A DNA stretch of 64,000 nt from NCBI GenBank assembly GCA_037447605.1, contig CM074804.1, forward strand, positions 1,984,001 through 2,048,000, written 5' to 3'. Source of the stretch: Zygnema circumcarinatum SAG 698-1b. Taxonomy: Eukaryota > Plantae > Zygnematophyceae. The position numbers were made by a program, and so were the translations under genes. The notes under the pieces were generated by a model. It searched no databases and was not told the origin of the DNA. It saw nothing but the letters and a program-made list of their open reading frames with translations. The stretch's first letter is position 1; every line of letters starts with the position of its first letter. Below are positions 47,155 to 60,600 of this stretch, piece after piece.

Positions 47155-50100
47155 TGTTGGTGGAGGGACTCCTCCACTGCTGCCGGCTTCTCCACTCGCA
47201 TCACCCTCCATCGGAGTTCGCGTTCCAATCGATGATGACATTTCCCAAACTCTCACATTCACTCATAGCCCATTTTACTCACAGAGTGAACCTCACAGAA
47301 TATGCACAGCGGAATAACAGAGAGAAAAGGATAGGAGAAAGCTCTCGGCTCTAAAACTCCTTAATAATGATCTTAACACCACAATTGAGAGACCCCCTCT
47401 CAACTAGCCCAATAAACTCAAAGCCCACTCACTGCAAAGACAAGTAAAGTGTAGTGTTAAGCAACACGAAAGCAACAAATTTTCCTCGTGAAGTCTACAA
47501 TAGCTACTGGTGATCCAGAAGTTAAGATAAACAACCAAACAAAACAACACACTATATACTATGTCACAACATCCGTGACACTACCATACAACGAAGCTCA
47601 CAACATCGGCTAGCGGCCCGCAAGGGCCCTATCCCGAGCCTCATCCTCAGCCACGGACTGCTGCTCACACGATCCTCGCATGTTTCCTCCGCTGATCCGC
47701 CACCGCCTTGCGCCAATCCACGCCTTTGGCGCCAGCAGATCCGACCTGCCTAAGATTGATGACGCTGCCAAACTCCGCTGGTTGCCGCGACAATTAATGA
47801 TATCTCGGACGCCGCCCGTGCATAATGATGAATCGCTACGTACACGATTTTGACGCCGCGATCGCTGGCCAAGTCCGGACCGCTCAATCCAAAGGTGCTG
47901 ACGCCACCGGCCACTTCCGACATTCGCTACAGATTCGCCGCCGCCATTACCTTCACTTCCGCTCCGCCGCCGCCGCCCGCCATCGCCACTTTCTCCGGAA
48001 TGCCCGTCGCTGCCGCGCCCTCGCCACTTGACCGCTTCCACTCCACCAAAATGTCCGCACCGCTTACTTCAACTTAGGCGCGCACCGCCGCCAAGGAAAC
48101 ACACAACACAAACACATAAAACTAATGTTCCAACAAAACATGCTAACTATCATACACTAACAATCCCCCTCTTTGGAACTTCTAGTTTTGCGCGGGCCCC
48201 AGCCCGATCAACCTCCCGTTGACTAACAGTGTTTCCCCACTAACTCCCTTTGTTAGCATATCTCATACCGCCTGCGCCTACTTAACTTCACCTCAATCTC
48301 GCTCTCGACCAACTCCCAGACATATAATGGTATCACCGCTAATCAATGTGCTTTGGGTCCCTTCTTGGTGGAACACCACGTGGTTTCCCACCAGGCAATC
48401 ACTCATTGATCGGCTTCCAGAACAAGGTAATCGTCGCTGGTCCCTCTTGCATTCTTCAAAGAACTGCATGAACCACACCTCCTTCCTCAAGCATGACAAG
48501 CACTCCATGTACCGCCCGCGTTCTACATAACGCCACCAGTCCTCGCGAATCTCTTGAACTCCACGAAATCGCCCTCCTCCATTCGCAAACGAAACCCTCA
48601 AGCTTCCAGCGCGGACGCATCGACATCTCCTCCCACCGGGAGTCTGTATAGCCAATCACTCCGCTGGCCCCTCATACTGACTTCGCGATCGAGCCGCCCC
48701 TTCACATATCCTAAAAATCCTCTTCACGCTTCCCAATGCTCGAGGTCCGGATTCTCCATGAATCGGCTGGCCGAGCTCACTGCTTTCGCCAAGTCCGGAC
48801 GCGTTCCGATCATCAAGTACATTAGACTCCCAATCGCGGATCTGTATGGCACTCCGAACATCTTCTGTGCCTCCGCATCCGACGAAGGTGACATCTCCTT
48901 CGAAAGCCTAGTGCCGATCTCCATGGGGCTGGAACACGGCCTAGCGTCCTCCATTCGAAATCGGGCAAGCACACATCTGAAGCATACAATTTCCTTTGAC
49001 ATGTAAACAAGCTCCATCCTGCCCCTCTTCAAATTCGCAGAGAGATTCCCAAAGCAGATATCGCTACTTCCCGTGACCGACATTTTGAAATTTGCTTGTA
49101 GCAATTCCTTCCAAAGATTCGATCTTTTCAAGGAGAGGCTCACCATGATGGTATCGCTCTACATGTATCCCAACAAAACATGATGTCTCCGCCTCCTGAC
49201 TCAAGACATCAATGATCTTGTCTCAAACCCAGCAAAGTCATTCCTCCTCAAAAGATCGCCAATCTTTTCTACTCACACTTGCTTCAAGCCGCATGTGCCT
49301 TTCACCAGTCGACGCACTAGGTGCTCCCTGACTCCACCTTCCCTCCCATTGCCCACGTGAAATCTCTTCCCGCGGAGATCACCGCCATACGAAATGCCGC
49401 CTTGATGTCCAATCGATCGCATTCCTTCCGCAATGGAAATCAAGGCTCTCAAGGAATTGAACTTTACCACTGGAGCGAACGTCTCCATGTAGTCAATCCC
49501 ATACTGCTGGCCGTATCCTTTCGCCACTAATCGCGCCTTGTACCTATCCACGCTCCGTCTGCCTTCCTCTTCACTTTGAAGACCCACTTGCAGCCGATTG
49601 CTCGCCTCCCTCGAGGCAGCTCCTCCAATCTCCACGTGCCGTTCTCGATCAAGCTGTCCCATTCGCTATCAATCGCAACCCGCCACTTATCGCCATCGAC
49701 TCCGTCGTGCGCCTCCTCAAAGGTCTGTGGGCTCGGTAATCATGAAGCAGTGAGCAACTCCCACAAGGTCAGCTGAATCTGAGGGCACTCTCTTGGATCA
49801 GATTGGTACCAGGTGAAAAGCGATCTGGTTTCCTCGTGTCTCGGCCGCTCCTCCGAACTGTCTTCGCACTTCGGCCTCTCGGGTAGAAGTAGAGTCCGGG
49901 AACAAAACCTGGGGCCATGTTCGCTAACATCGCCTTCCTCTCGCCGCTTCAAGATCCTNNNNNNNNNNCTTCAGGAGTGTAATCCAAATCTTCCTCGAAT
50001 AATCGTCAAGGAAGGTGACGAAGTACCGCGCTCCGCCACTGGTCGCCGGTGTAACTGGGCCACACAAGTCAGAATGTACCAATTCCAACTTCTCTCGCGC

Positions 50101-52714
50101 TCGATAGGACTCGTCTCCACTCCTCACGAATGGTCTCCTGTGCGCCTTGCCCTCCACACATTCTCGGCAAACCCCCAACTCCTTCTCCACTACACCCGGG
50201 TCTAGCCCACGGACTAGCCCCCTCTCAGCCAACAGCTTCATGCCTCTGTGGTGTAAGTGACCAAGTCTACGATGCCATACATCTACGGCATTCTCTGAAA
50301 CTGCATTCACCTCCTCATGATTCTCCCTCTTATAATCATGATAAGACAGCCCTCCTCTCTCATATCCCCTGTAGAGCTGTGTCACTGTTTCGAGTGGATA
50401 GCCACGCATGACTTCTCCTCAAACAGAACACTGTATCCCTTCTTGCACACTTGGCTCACAGACATGAAATTCTGCATGAGGCCTGGGGTGTGAAGAACAT
50501 CACCAATGAGCAGTTTCTCCTGAACATCGTCTTCATTGATGACTGAGCCGTCTCCGAGGACCATCCTCACGGCTCCACCTCTCGTCACGGTGACTCCTTC
50601 ACCGGTTGCTGAATGAACTGAGCGAGCCTTCTCCAAGTTGTCGAGCTTGGAGAACATCGATGTGTCTCCGCACATATGCGTGGAAGCGCCGGAGTCAATC
50701 AGCCACGGCCGCTTCAGGTCCTCTGCCTGAATCCTTCCCACAAAATCGTGCTCAGTATTCTCTGCCAACATGAGGTTGCTCTCAACTGCTACCGTGCAGT
50801 CTGAACTCTTGTGACCTCTCTTCTTGCACTTGAAACAAGTGCCGCTGAACTTCTTTTCCTTTCTGCCGGATGAAGTCGCTGCTTTCCTCCCTTCTCGACC
50901 GCCTCTTTGTTCTCAAATGGGCCGCCGGAGTAGTGGCCGTCTACATGTAGCCATGTCACATCTCGAGCGCTCTCCTCGGCTGACTTCTCGCTTCCTCCCT
51001 CTTCGATTCGGGTCGAGTGTGCAACGCCAGCACCTTCTTCTTTGGCCGCCGCACATCCCTAATCGAATCCTCCTCCTTTATCCCCACGCTTAACTCGCTC
51101 GCTTGGCCATAGAGGTATTGAATGCAACGCCCCTCAAGGCCTAATCAAATCTCAATCTCCCGCAAAACCCCCCTGTAAACCGGGCTTATCTTATGGTCTA
51201 CATCTAATCCGCTTCCCCTAAGGCTATGAACCTCCATCAATGCATCAAATCCACCATATAAGCTTCTAGTTTCTCCTCCTCAAGTCATCTTCATCTTGCC
51301 TAGCCGAAAGTGTAAAGATTCGACTTATAGTCACATCGTTTTCACATCATACATCTCCCTCCTGCATACTTCCACATAGCATAGGCTAGATCATATGTGC
51401 CATGTAGGATGGACTTCCTCTTACGCTCATGCAATAATCTCGCGTCAGCTTTCGTTGTCCTTGGCCTTCCATCGTAGCGTAGAATGCCACGCTAGGCTCG
51501 ACTGCCGCTCAGCCGAGGCTCCAACCTGGTGAACTCCGCGCCTTGATGCCGCCATCAACGCATTTCCAAGCAACCCTTTTGCCCACAAGCAAAGGCACCA
51601 ACCTCCATCTCCACGCTTTGTAATCCTGCCCATCGAACGCCGGTATGCTGAACTTGACGTGGTCCTCCGCGTCACCATGAGCTCTGATACCACTTGTTGG
51701 TGGAGGGACTCCTCCACTGCTGCCGGCTTCTCCACTCGCATCACCTTCCATCGGAGTTCGCGTTCCAATCGATGATGACATTTCCCAAACTCTCACATTC
51801 ACTCATAGCCCATTTTACACACAGATTGAACCTCTCAGAATATGCACAGCGGAATAACAGAGAGAAAAGGATAGGAGAAAGCTCACGGCTCTAACACTCC
51901 TTTATAATGATCTTAACACCACAATTGAGAGACCCCTCAACCAGCCCAATAAACTCAAAGCCCACTACCACCGCAGCACAAGCAAGTGTAGTGTTGGGCA
52001 ACACCCAGCAACAAATGTGAGTCTGCCAATAGCTAATGGTGATCCAGAAGTTAAGATAAACAACCAAACAAAACAAATACACGGCCTGCGTCACAAATAT
52101 CCGCGGACACTACCATACAACCAAGCTCACACCATCGGCTAGCGGCCCGCCTGGGCCCTATCCCGATCCTCATCCTGCGCCGTCGGATCCTCGTCGGCTC
52201 ACACGGATCCCGGGTGACAAGCTTCTCCCGCCGCATCCGACTTCGGCTCTAAAGCAATCCGCCTTGCGCCAGATCTACCCCGCCCAAGATTGATGACGCC
52301 ACAAACTCCGCTGGCCGCCGCAGACGCCAATCGGCTATCCGGACGCCGCTTCCGCATAATGATGAATCGCGCCGGTTTTGACGCCGCGATCGCTACCGTC
52401 CCCGACCGCTCAATCCAGTTAGTTGGACGCCAAGGCCGCCACTTCCTCGGATTCGCTGGCTGGCGATCTGCCGCTGCCGCCACATCTTCACTCGGGCCTC
52501 CGCCGCCGCCAGTCCGCCCCACGCCACTTCCTCGACCTGTCGCCGCTGGGCCGCCACACTTCGACTCCGCCACAAGGCCAGCGCCTCTTTCCACCGACCA
52601 AATGTCCGTACCGCCGCCTACTAACTTAGGCGCGCACCGCCGCCAAGGAAACACACAACACAAACACACAAAACTAATGTTCCAACAAAACATGCTAACT
52701 ATCATACACTAACA
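47155..52714 (-). mobile_element. Full-length but degenerate Ty1/copia LTR retrotransposon
   Basis: 5' LTR 51695-52714, iMet PBS, gag (FDGQDYKAWRWRL), knuckle CFKCKKRGHKSSDC, protease WLIDSGASTHMC, pre-integrase VWHRRLGHL, integrase [36 protein letters not shown], RNase H IGYTDS, PPT, and 3' LTR 47155-48162. TSD TTCAC (47150-47154, 52715-52719). Many stops and frameshifts. Confidence 0.96.
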
Positions 52715-55122
52715 TTCACCACACTCCATGTTCCTTCCTCCTCCTTCCTCTTTCCTCCTCCTCCTCCACCAATCATTATTTGCCTGGGCTATTTCGGTTT
52801 TTGGTAGAAGAAATGAGGCCAGCTTAAGCCGGCAGCAGTTGTAAGGCGTAGAAATCAAGAAATCTACATAAGTGTTGCCACGGGTGATTTTGGAACAAAA
52901 CGGGCGCTAGCACCACTCAAAGAATCCCTTCACTAGACAAAGCGAAAAGAAATGGGTGCCGAGGAGGTAAAGTTAAATGTAAAAGATGATATCACGGCTT
53001 TGTTCCTTAACCGCTTTTGTCACCGGTAACGGCCGCCGACCGCCCCCGCATGTGCACGAACGGGCTTTATTTTGGCCTCTACTGAGGCCTTTTTACGTTT
53101 TAGTAATCATGGATTGTGGATCAGTTTCTGCTGACACGCCCGTGTTGACGCTGCGTCAGCTGCTCCACGCCGCGTCACGACTCACGCCGGGTGTCTTCGC
53201 AGTCGGTGGACGGCTCGGGACACGCCATCATTAATCAATAAGGGCCGATCTCGACGGTGCAATTTCCGGGCGACGCTGGGCTGGGCGTAGTGACAACGCG
53301 ACGCTGCTCATGCTTACACGCGATACGACGCCAAGTAGACAGCGTAGACGCGCAGATTGGTTGGCCTGTTGACTTTCGTAACTTTCCTGCCTGGCCAATT
53401 TTTGTTCCGCTACCGCCATCAACGGCCGCAGCAGCTTATCAATGAGTCGCCCTCAACGCTTGCCACAATCAAGCGGTTACGTGGGACTACTCATATGCGC
53501 GGTCCGCTGATTGGAACGAACGTCAGACGGACGCACCGAAAATAAATGATGGTGTTAGACCCACGCCAAAGGATCTACAAATCGAGGGCAATCGGTAAAT
53601 AATTGCCGGCCACCGCATCGGGCACGAAACGTCAGATTTGGACAATCGCTAGGACGCAGGATGTGGGTCCTTTTTGTACGATTTTTGTAATCGTTAGGAT
53701 TGTGGATTGCCGGCCGACAATGCCGAAACGGATGTTTGTACCGGTATGCTAAAACCGTGAATGTACCTTGTGTCATTAAACTACGGACACGCAAAGCATT
53801 GAATGCTTCGTTGACAACGTCAAACGGCCACATCGTGTTGGTCAAATTAAAACCGCTCTAGCGCGTCGCGGGTAATGGTGTTTGGCAAGTCGTAGCGACT
53901 TTGACCCCAGTTTGACAAGCGGTAAGCCCAGTTGCGAATCCATTATTCACGACAGCCTTGTGACTTAACAGGCACGTTGGATTGATCATTTAGCGTTCGG
54001 TTAGAGCCTGGGCGTCGTTGGTTTTCTATTTGTGCCAAGCTGCGTGGAGATATCACGTCACTTCATCCGCGGTACAAATCTAACCTCCCTACCGACGTAG
54101 GAAGGCCACGGCTGATTGGTCGCGGCGCGAGAGTGCGGAGGGCGTGGAGGCGTAGCGACGCCAATGTAGCGGCAGGATGGAGATCAGCAGTGATTACCTG
54201 GCGAGCGAAGCGTCGAGTAAACGAGAATTAGCCGACTGCAATCAAGTGGCCCCGCGTGGACCCACTCATGTAGCGGCCGGAAAGGCGAAGGGACGGCCGG
54301 GCCGAGAGGAAATAAATGCGGCGGTCAATCCCCGCTGGAGTCGGTCGTCGAGCACGTCGGCGTCGGAGCGATAAATTAAAGCGTCACCGTCTGAAGCACA
54401 AAGCGGCTATTGGGACAATGCGTCTTTTGTGGGCGGATGTGGCCCTTTTGTGCGGTTTTTAAATGTCGAGGGCATTTGTGATTGTCGATTGACAATGCCG
54501 AAGCGGCCATGCTTGCGAGGGGTGGGTTGGTAAAAGCTGTAAGCGGCGCTACGGTCTTACTCACAAGGAGGAGGTATCACTTAGAGCGCTTGCGTCCTAG
54601 TACTCTCACCAGGGCGGTGTGGAGCATTAGGGGGACCACACAGGACCCGGGGAAGGGGTCACCGGGATCGAACACTACTTGGTCGCCAGGGTTGATCTTG
54701 GCCTTGATATCTTGAGACATATATGTATTGCGTGCCGATGTGTTCGAGGATCCGCGGAGTCCGGCCACATCGCACCGCTACGTTTTAGGCAGCCAACCCG
54801 TCGTCAGGTACAATTCACGAGGGTTGCCGTTAGTGCGGTGGTTATCGTCGGACGCGCGTAGGATCGGCGATTACCTTCCGGCATCACCGGCAGCGCCGCG
54901 TAGCAGCCAGCAGCAGCCGCCCGGAATGCGGTGATGATGACGTTAAATGCGTTAGCCTACGACCCATTTGAGTCGAGGGAGGAGACGCGTGTGATGCGCG
55001 TGGGCGGCCACTTCGATCCTCCATGCTGGTAGGAGGTTCAGCGGGGGCGTAAAGTGGGTATTTGTCGTCGCCCAACCAGCATACCGACGACCGATTTGCA
55101 CCACAGAGCTGCGCCACCTACG

Positions 55123-55227
<105 letters not shown>

Positions 55228-55444
55228 GCTCGGAGTGCTGGTGTGTGTTTCCGCGCAGACTAAAGAGGCGGTCTTCAGTTGTTACATAAACCGTAACAGC
55301 TTGTTTTGTCAAACACGGGACACGCAAGATTTGGAATGGTTCGGTTGACAATGCCCGAAACGGTTATGGTGTTACCCCCCTATTAGTTATGGTGTTGGTC
55401 AAATTAATCACAGCTCCAACATACCAGGCTAAAAAAAGAATTTA

Positions 55445-55700
55445 ATCAAAATGGGGTATAGTTGCCACGAGTCTGACGTTGCAACGTCGCGTGTCCGGAT
55501 TTGTTGTGCTTTTCGTTGGATCGAATGCGCAGAAAATGGGGTATATCGTGTAACCATTTAGTCATTGCCAAGTGTCGTTTTCTACGTACGACAGCGTTCG
55601 ATTTGAATGTTTTATGTGACCTACGGATTCGATTAGGTTGTCAAAGATGAATTTAAAGAAAATGGGGTATAGTTGCCGCAAGTCCTGACGCTCCCACGTC
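55445..55700. repeat. Diverged copy of the 38-kb AAAATGGGGTATAGTTGCC repeat
   Basis: Colinear similarity to 37995-38230, e.g. GGATCGAATGCGCAGAAAATGGGGTATAT and GTGTCGTTTTCTA. Confidence 0.8.
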
Positions 55701-55846
55701 ACGAATTTGATTAAGTTAGGACAGCTTTATTGAATAATGCGAAATAAAGTATATCATGTACCTATTCAAATTTTGGTGTGTTCGACGCTCGCTTAGCTCA
55801 CTTCACATACTAAGGTTCAAGACATTTCTATAAAAAGGCAACGCAC

Positions 55847-57620
55847 TGTTAGTGTTAGTGTATGATAGTTAGACATTGTATGGCACACACTAACTTGTTG
55901 TGGTACTCAGTTTGTAGAACATGAGATCTGCTAGGCGTAGTGCTCTTAGATTTAGGAATGTTGGTGCTCTGACTTTTGGTGAGTGCGCCGCGAGTGCGCG
56001 GAGTACGAACGAACGGCGCTGATTGGTCGCGGCGCTGACACAAGTAAGTGGAGTTCGGACGAGCAACTTTGATTGGTCGAGGCGCTGGGCGCCGGATTCG
56101 CGCTGGTACCTGACGCCGCCGCTAACTTCTGATTGGAATGCGCGCTGGCGCTAAACGCTGGAGCGCAGTGCTGCGCGCGAAGTTCGTTATAGAAGATATT
56201 TGGCGCGAACCGAATGCGCCATTGCGGGACCACTCGCAATGTGGGTCCGCGAGTTTGAGTGTGTACGCCGCAGGTGCTCTGCTGGCTTAAGATCGGGAAG
56301 GAGCGCCGGGCGAAGGTTAAATCAGACGGACAGTGTACGCAGCCGCATTAAGAATTCAGGTCGGGCGCCGCCGGTAGTTTACGCAGGCAGCTAGCCGTCG
56401 CTATTCCGAAAGTGCGCCTAAATTGCACTCGCATGTGAGCTTACACGAAGTGACGCACGTGACATGTGTGTCACGCCACGGACGCCATATTATATAGTGC
56501 ATAGTTTTATTATGGGAAGTAACCCACCCACACTACTCTTTCATAAAGGCCTCGTCTTATTCTCAAGGCTCCCGCCAGGTGCCGCTAGGCCGCCAAGCAC
56601 TTGTGTCGTGAGGTGGAGTAAGAGGGACCTTGAAGTAGTGGGAGAACTTCATCAGTGGGAAGACAGCTTATTATAAGGAGTTTTAGAGCCGCGGAGCTTT
56701 CTCCTAACACACTCTCATTGTGATTTCCGGCCAGGCTTGTCTTGTAGCTTCATTCTCTGTTATGGGCGCATGAGCGGCAAGATAGCCTTTTGAAAGTTGT
56801 TTGAAGGCCAACCGTGGGAACTCGTTCCAATGGAGGGCTACACCAGGTGGCCGGCTGGGGAGTAGACCGCTTTCCAACAAGTGGTATCAGAGCCAGGTTG
56901 GCGAGGAAGACCACGTGAAGTTCAGCATCCCAGCGTTTGATGGTTCGGACTACAAGGGGTGGAGATGGCGGCTGGTTCCCTTGCTCGTGGGCAAGGGGCT
57001 GTTGGGGTACGTTGACGGCACCATCAAGGCACCGGTGCAGCCGGAGGGAGCCACGGCGGAGCGGCAGTCGGAGTTCGACACAGCGCTCGCCAGATGGAGG
57101 ACCAAGGACAACAAGGCCCTCACCCAGATCACATGAATGGAGGGGAAGTCCTCTTCATGTCAGAGTGACCTTAAGACTTCACATGCTATGGAGATGCTTA
57201 GAGGAGATGTATGACGTGAAAGGATAACGTAATTGTCGCCTTTACACGCAGCCTTTGGGGAAATGAAGATGTCCTCGGAAGAGAAGCTTAGTGAATATAT
57301 GGTCAGATTTGATACTCTAATGGAGAGATTTATACCGCCGCAAAAACCGTTAGGAGAATTCATAAAATCAGCTTTCTGGGACCGCCGCCGCATTTGATGT
57401 AGCAATGTTCTTAGAACTCACGCAATCTAACACCGTGATGACCCTTGAGCAAGTGAAACGAGGATCAAGGAGGAGAACACCGCCCAAGCACGTTGGAGGC
57501 ACCGAGAGAAGGTAAGTCAAGGCCGCATCACCACAAGTTCGGAAGAGTGGAGCCAAGAGCGCATCGCGGGGAACGCTTCATGGTGTAAATAACCTCACCG
57601 GGCAAAATGCTCGAGTCTGG
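55847..57620 (+). mobile_element. 5' part of a Ty1/copia element (LTR + PBS + degenerate gag), interrupted by a Gypsy insertion
   Basis: LTR TGTTAGTG...CCAACA 55847-56879, PBS TGGTATCAGAGCC 56882-56894, and gag EEDHVKFSIPAFDGSDYKGWRWRL. Stops follow, and a decayed zinc knuckle ends at ~57620. Confidence 0.9.
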
Positions 57621-60600
57621 TGTCAAGAGAGGGAAGTGGAGAGAGAGAGAGGAGCCGCGGAGCTCAATGCCGGTAATAAAGAGCTCGATGGTTCCCCATC
57701 CCGCTGAAATTTTAAGCCTGAACCCCTACCAAAGATGGAGGACCGGTGAGCGGATCGCCAATCGTGAAGTTCGCTGGCGAGATCCTAGCCGAAGCTATTC
57801 GGCTATGACATGGTCTCAGCCAAGATTCACGGGCGCGCCGTTAACGCTGGCAAAGGGCTGCCGCGGCATGGCAAGACGGCAGCACCGACAGAAGCTACCG
57901 TCACCAATCAGACAAAGACGCACGGTACTTGCCAAAAGATGCCAGATTCAAGGGTCGTGCCGCCAGCTGCATGCCGACGCTACGGCGGCGCCAGCCGCCG
58001 ATCTTCCGCCGCGATCCGTATACGGGTAGCGTCCGCATACCCGCATGACGCATCAAAGACGCATCCAAAAGAGATCCCTTGCCCGCGGCAAGGATCGAGC
58101 CCAAGACCTCTCGTGGTCTTGGCAGCATCCTAACCTATCTGCTAGGCGCTGAGATGAAGGGGTAGTCATAGTGTCACTATGAGTACGCCTGTGGTCACGC
58201 CGTGAAGGTTACGCTGTTACTACTCCCCTATGAGTACGAACGCTCTCGCTCACCGGGAGATAATCTTGGCGTACCAAGAAGCGAAGAGGTACCGTCAAGG
58301 GGTAATGAGGGCCTGTTAATCCCGGTCAAGTCCCTTCCGAGTAGCGCTGGATCTTTGGGTCTCGAACCCCTAGCCGCCTCGCCCGCCGCTAGCCGTCTCA
58401 AGGCCCCAAAGACACCAGAGCCTTGCAATTTGTCGACGGCTTCACGATCCCACGCGGCTATGTTCAACCCCATAGCCCCAACCATTTCACGCAGATACTG
58501 CGGGCGGGAAGTCCGACCACTCACAAACCTGCGGGTTTGATGGCCTCTACCTCAGCCTTGCGTCACCCTCAACTTCCACTGGAGGGGAGGTGGTCGACTT
58601 CCTCCCATCGCCATGTATGCCTTAAGAAGACCCATACATGAAAGACCGATGCACTTTCATACGAAATGAAGCCAAACCGTAAGTTTAATTCGACCGATTC
58701 GCTTCACGACCTAAAAAGGTCCCACGGAAGCGCAGGCCATTAAACTTACTTGCCCGCCGTGCCTGTGCGTAAGTTCGGCCAGACCAGCAGCACTGGGTCG
58801 CCACATAAGCAGCGTCAATGCAACACGCACGACGACAAGATGCAGTTTCTCGCTGCCACTGGCCGCTAATGTGGTCTCGCCTCGGGTCCTCAGAACGCCG
58901 GACATTTTCCGAGTGAAAGCACTAACGGGTGGGAGGTTGACCGCCAGCCTCTTTCCTGCCCCGGCGATCTCTGGGGAGCCCTGTGAAATATCCATGTTCC
59001 ACTACATCCGTCACGATCTCTTGGTCAAGTAGGGATTTAGAGGATGTCACTCAAAGTTCAAGAAGAAAGGAGTGGTACCGATTGATTCCTGGAATGCATT
59101 ATTAATGGCGTACTCAGCCACCGGGAGCAGTTCATCCCATCCATCCGGGATAGGTCCCACATAATGCCTCAAATAGTCTTCCAGAATCCGGTTAACCCTC
59201 TCCGTCTGCCCATCTGTCTGAGGGTGGAAGGCTGTACTCATAGCCTGCTTAGTCCCGATAATACGGAGGATTTCCTTCCAGAAATGCCCTGTGAATCGGG
59301 TATCACGATCCGAGATGATCTCAGATTGAAGTCCATGTTGACTCCAGACCTTGTCAACGTAGAGTCGTGCGATTTCATCGGCTCCAGCTGTCTTAGCAGT
59401 GGGTGCAAAGTGCACCATCTTGCCGGGAGCCGTCGACGCAACACGCAGGATGGGAGAGTCAAAACTCTAACCGCCGGGCTGTAAATTGCGGATCAAATCC
59501 ATACCCACACCTCCCACCTCCTAAGGAGGGGCTTAGGGTCGGGAGCAAGCTGTGCACTGTGTCCTGCGGCGCAGGCTTTCTATCCCGCCGGCTAAGTCGG
59601 GTATGCGAGTACATACGCTTCCACGCCCTACTGTAATTCCGGCCACCAGAATTCTCGAGCAAGGCTTCACGGGTTTTGCAACTCCTGCTATGGCTCTGCA
59701 TTTTAGGATCGCGGCATCTCACTCGCATGAGCCGCAGCATGTATCCAGCCTTTGGGTACGACTAATCGCCGATCGCGGGTACCAAAAACCGTACCCGGCA
59801 CGAAGCTTGTTCTTATAGCCATTGCCTTGGCCGCCCAGAACAAAGGATCACTAGCAGTACCCTCCCGAATCATCTGCCCGAAATCGAGAGCAGAGGTTGA
59901 CCGCGCCACCGTGGAGGGGGTTTATGACAAAAACATACCGAGATGTAACGCCGGGTTGGCGCCTGCCCTTCGCCTCCACCATCTCGCATCACCAACACTG
60001 AAATGACGAAAGATCATCCGTGCTAGGATTAATGGGTTGCCCGCCGCCGGGTCCGCTACATTCTCGTGATACCCACTTCTGCAACCGAACTGGAGGAACT
60101 CGTACCTAGCCGTGCTCTCAAAGAGTCTCACTGAAAGTGGAGAGGGAACGCTGATCTGCGGTCGCGACTGCGGATCGCCACCGCTTCCTCCAAATAGCAA
60201 CGCCATGTCCTCGGCGTGAACAACGCCAAGAGCTCTGTCACAAGGAGTAGTTTCGCCGATGGGTTCATCTTACACTGTAGCAGAGGTTGGTCGTTCGGGA
60301 ACAAGACCAAGACTCAAAAGCTTAAATTCCTGCCGCCACATACCACTTCATATATGGCAACCGCTGATCACCTAACCTCAACGTAGTGCCGTCATTAAAG
60401 CGTACTTAACACCATCAAATGCCGTCCGCACTCGGGTGTCCATGCATACCGACACCTAACGCGGTCAAATTGGTAAGAGGCGTTACCAACTTACTAAGCT
60501 CGATAAATTCTACGAAAATACCTGTAAATCCAAGAAAAGACCGCAGAATCGATGAAGATCACCGTACGTTCTATGTTCCTTACAAAGGTATTGACTTTGG

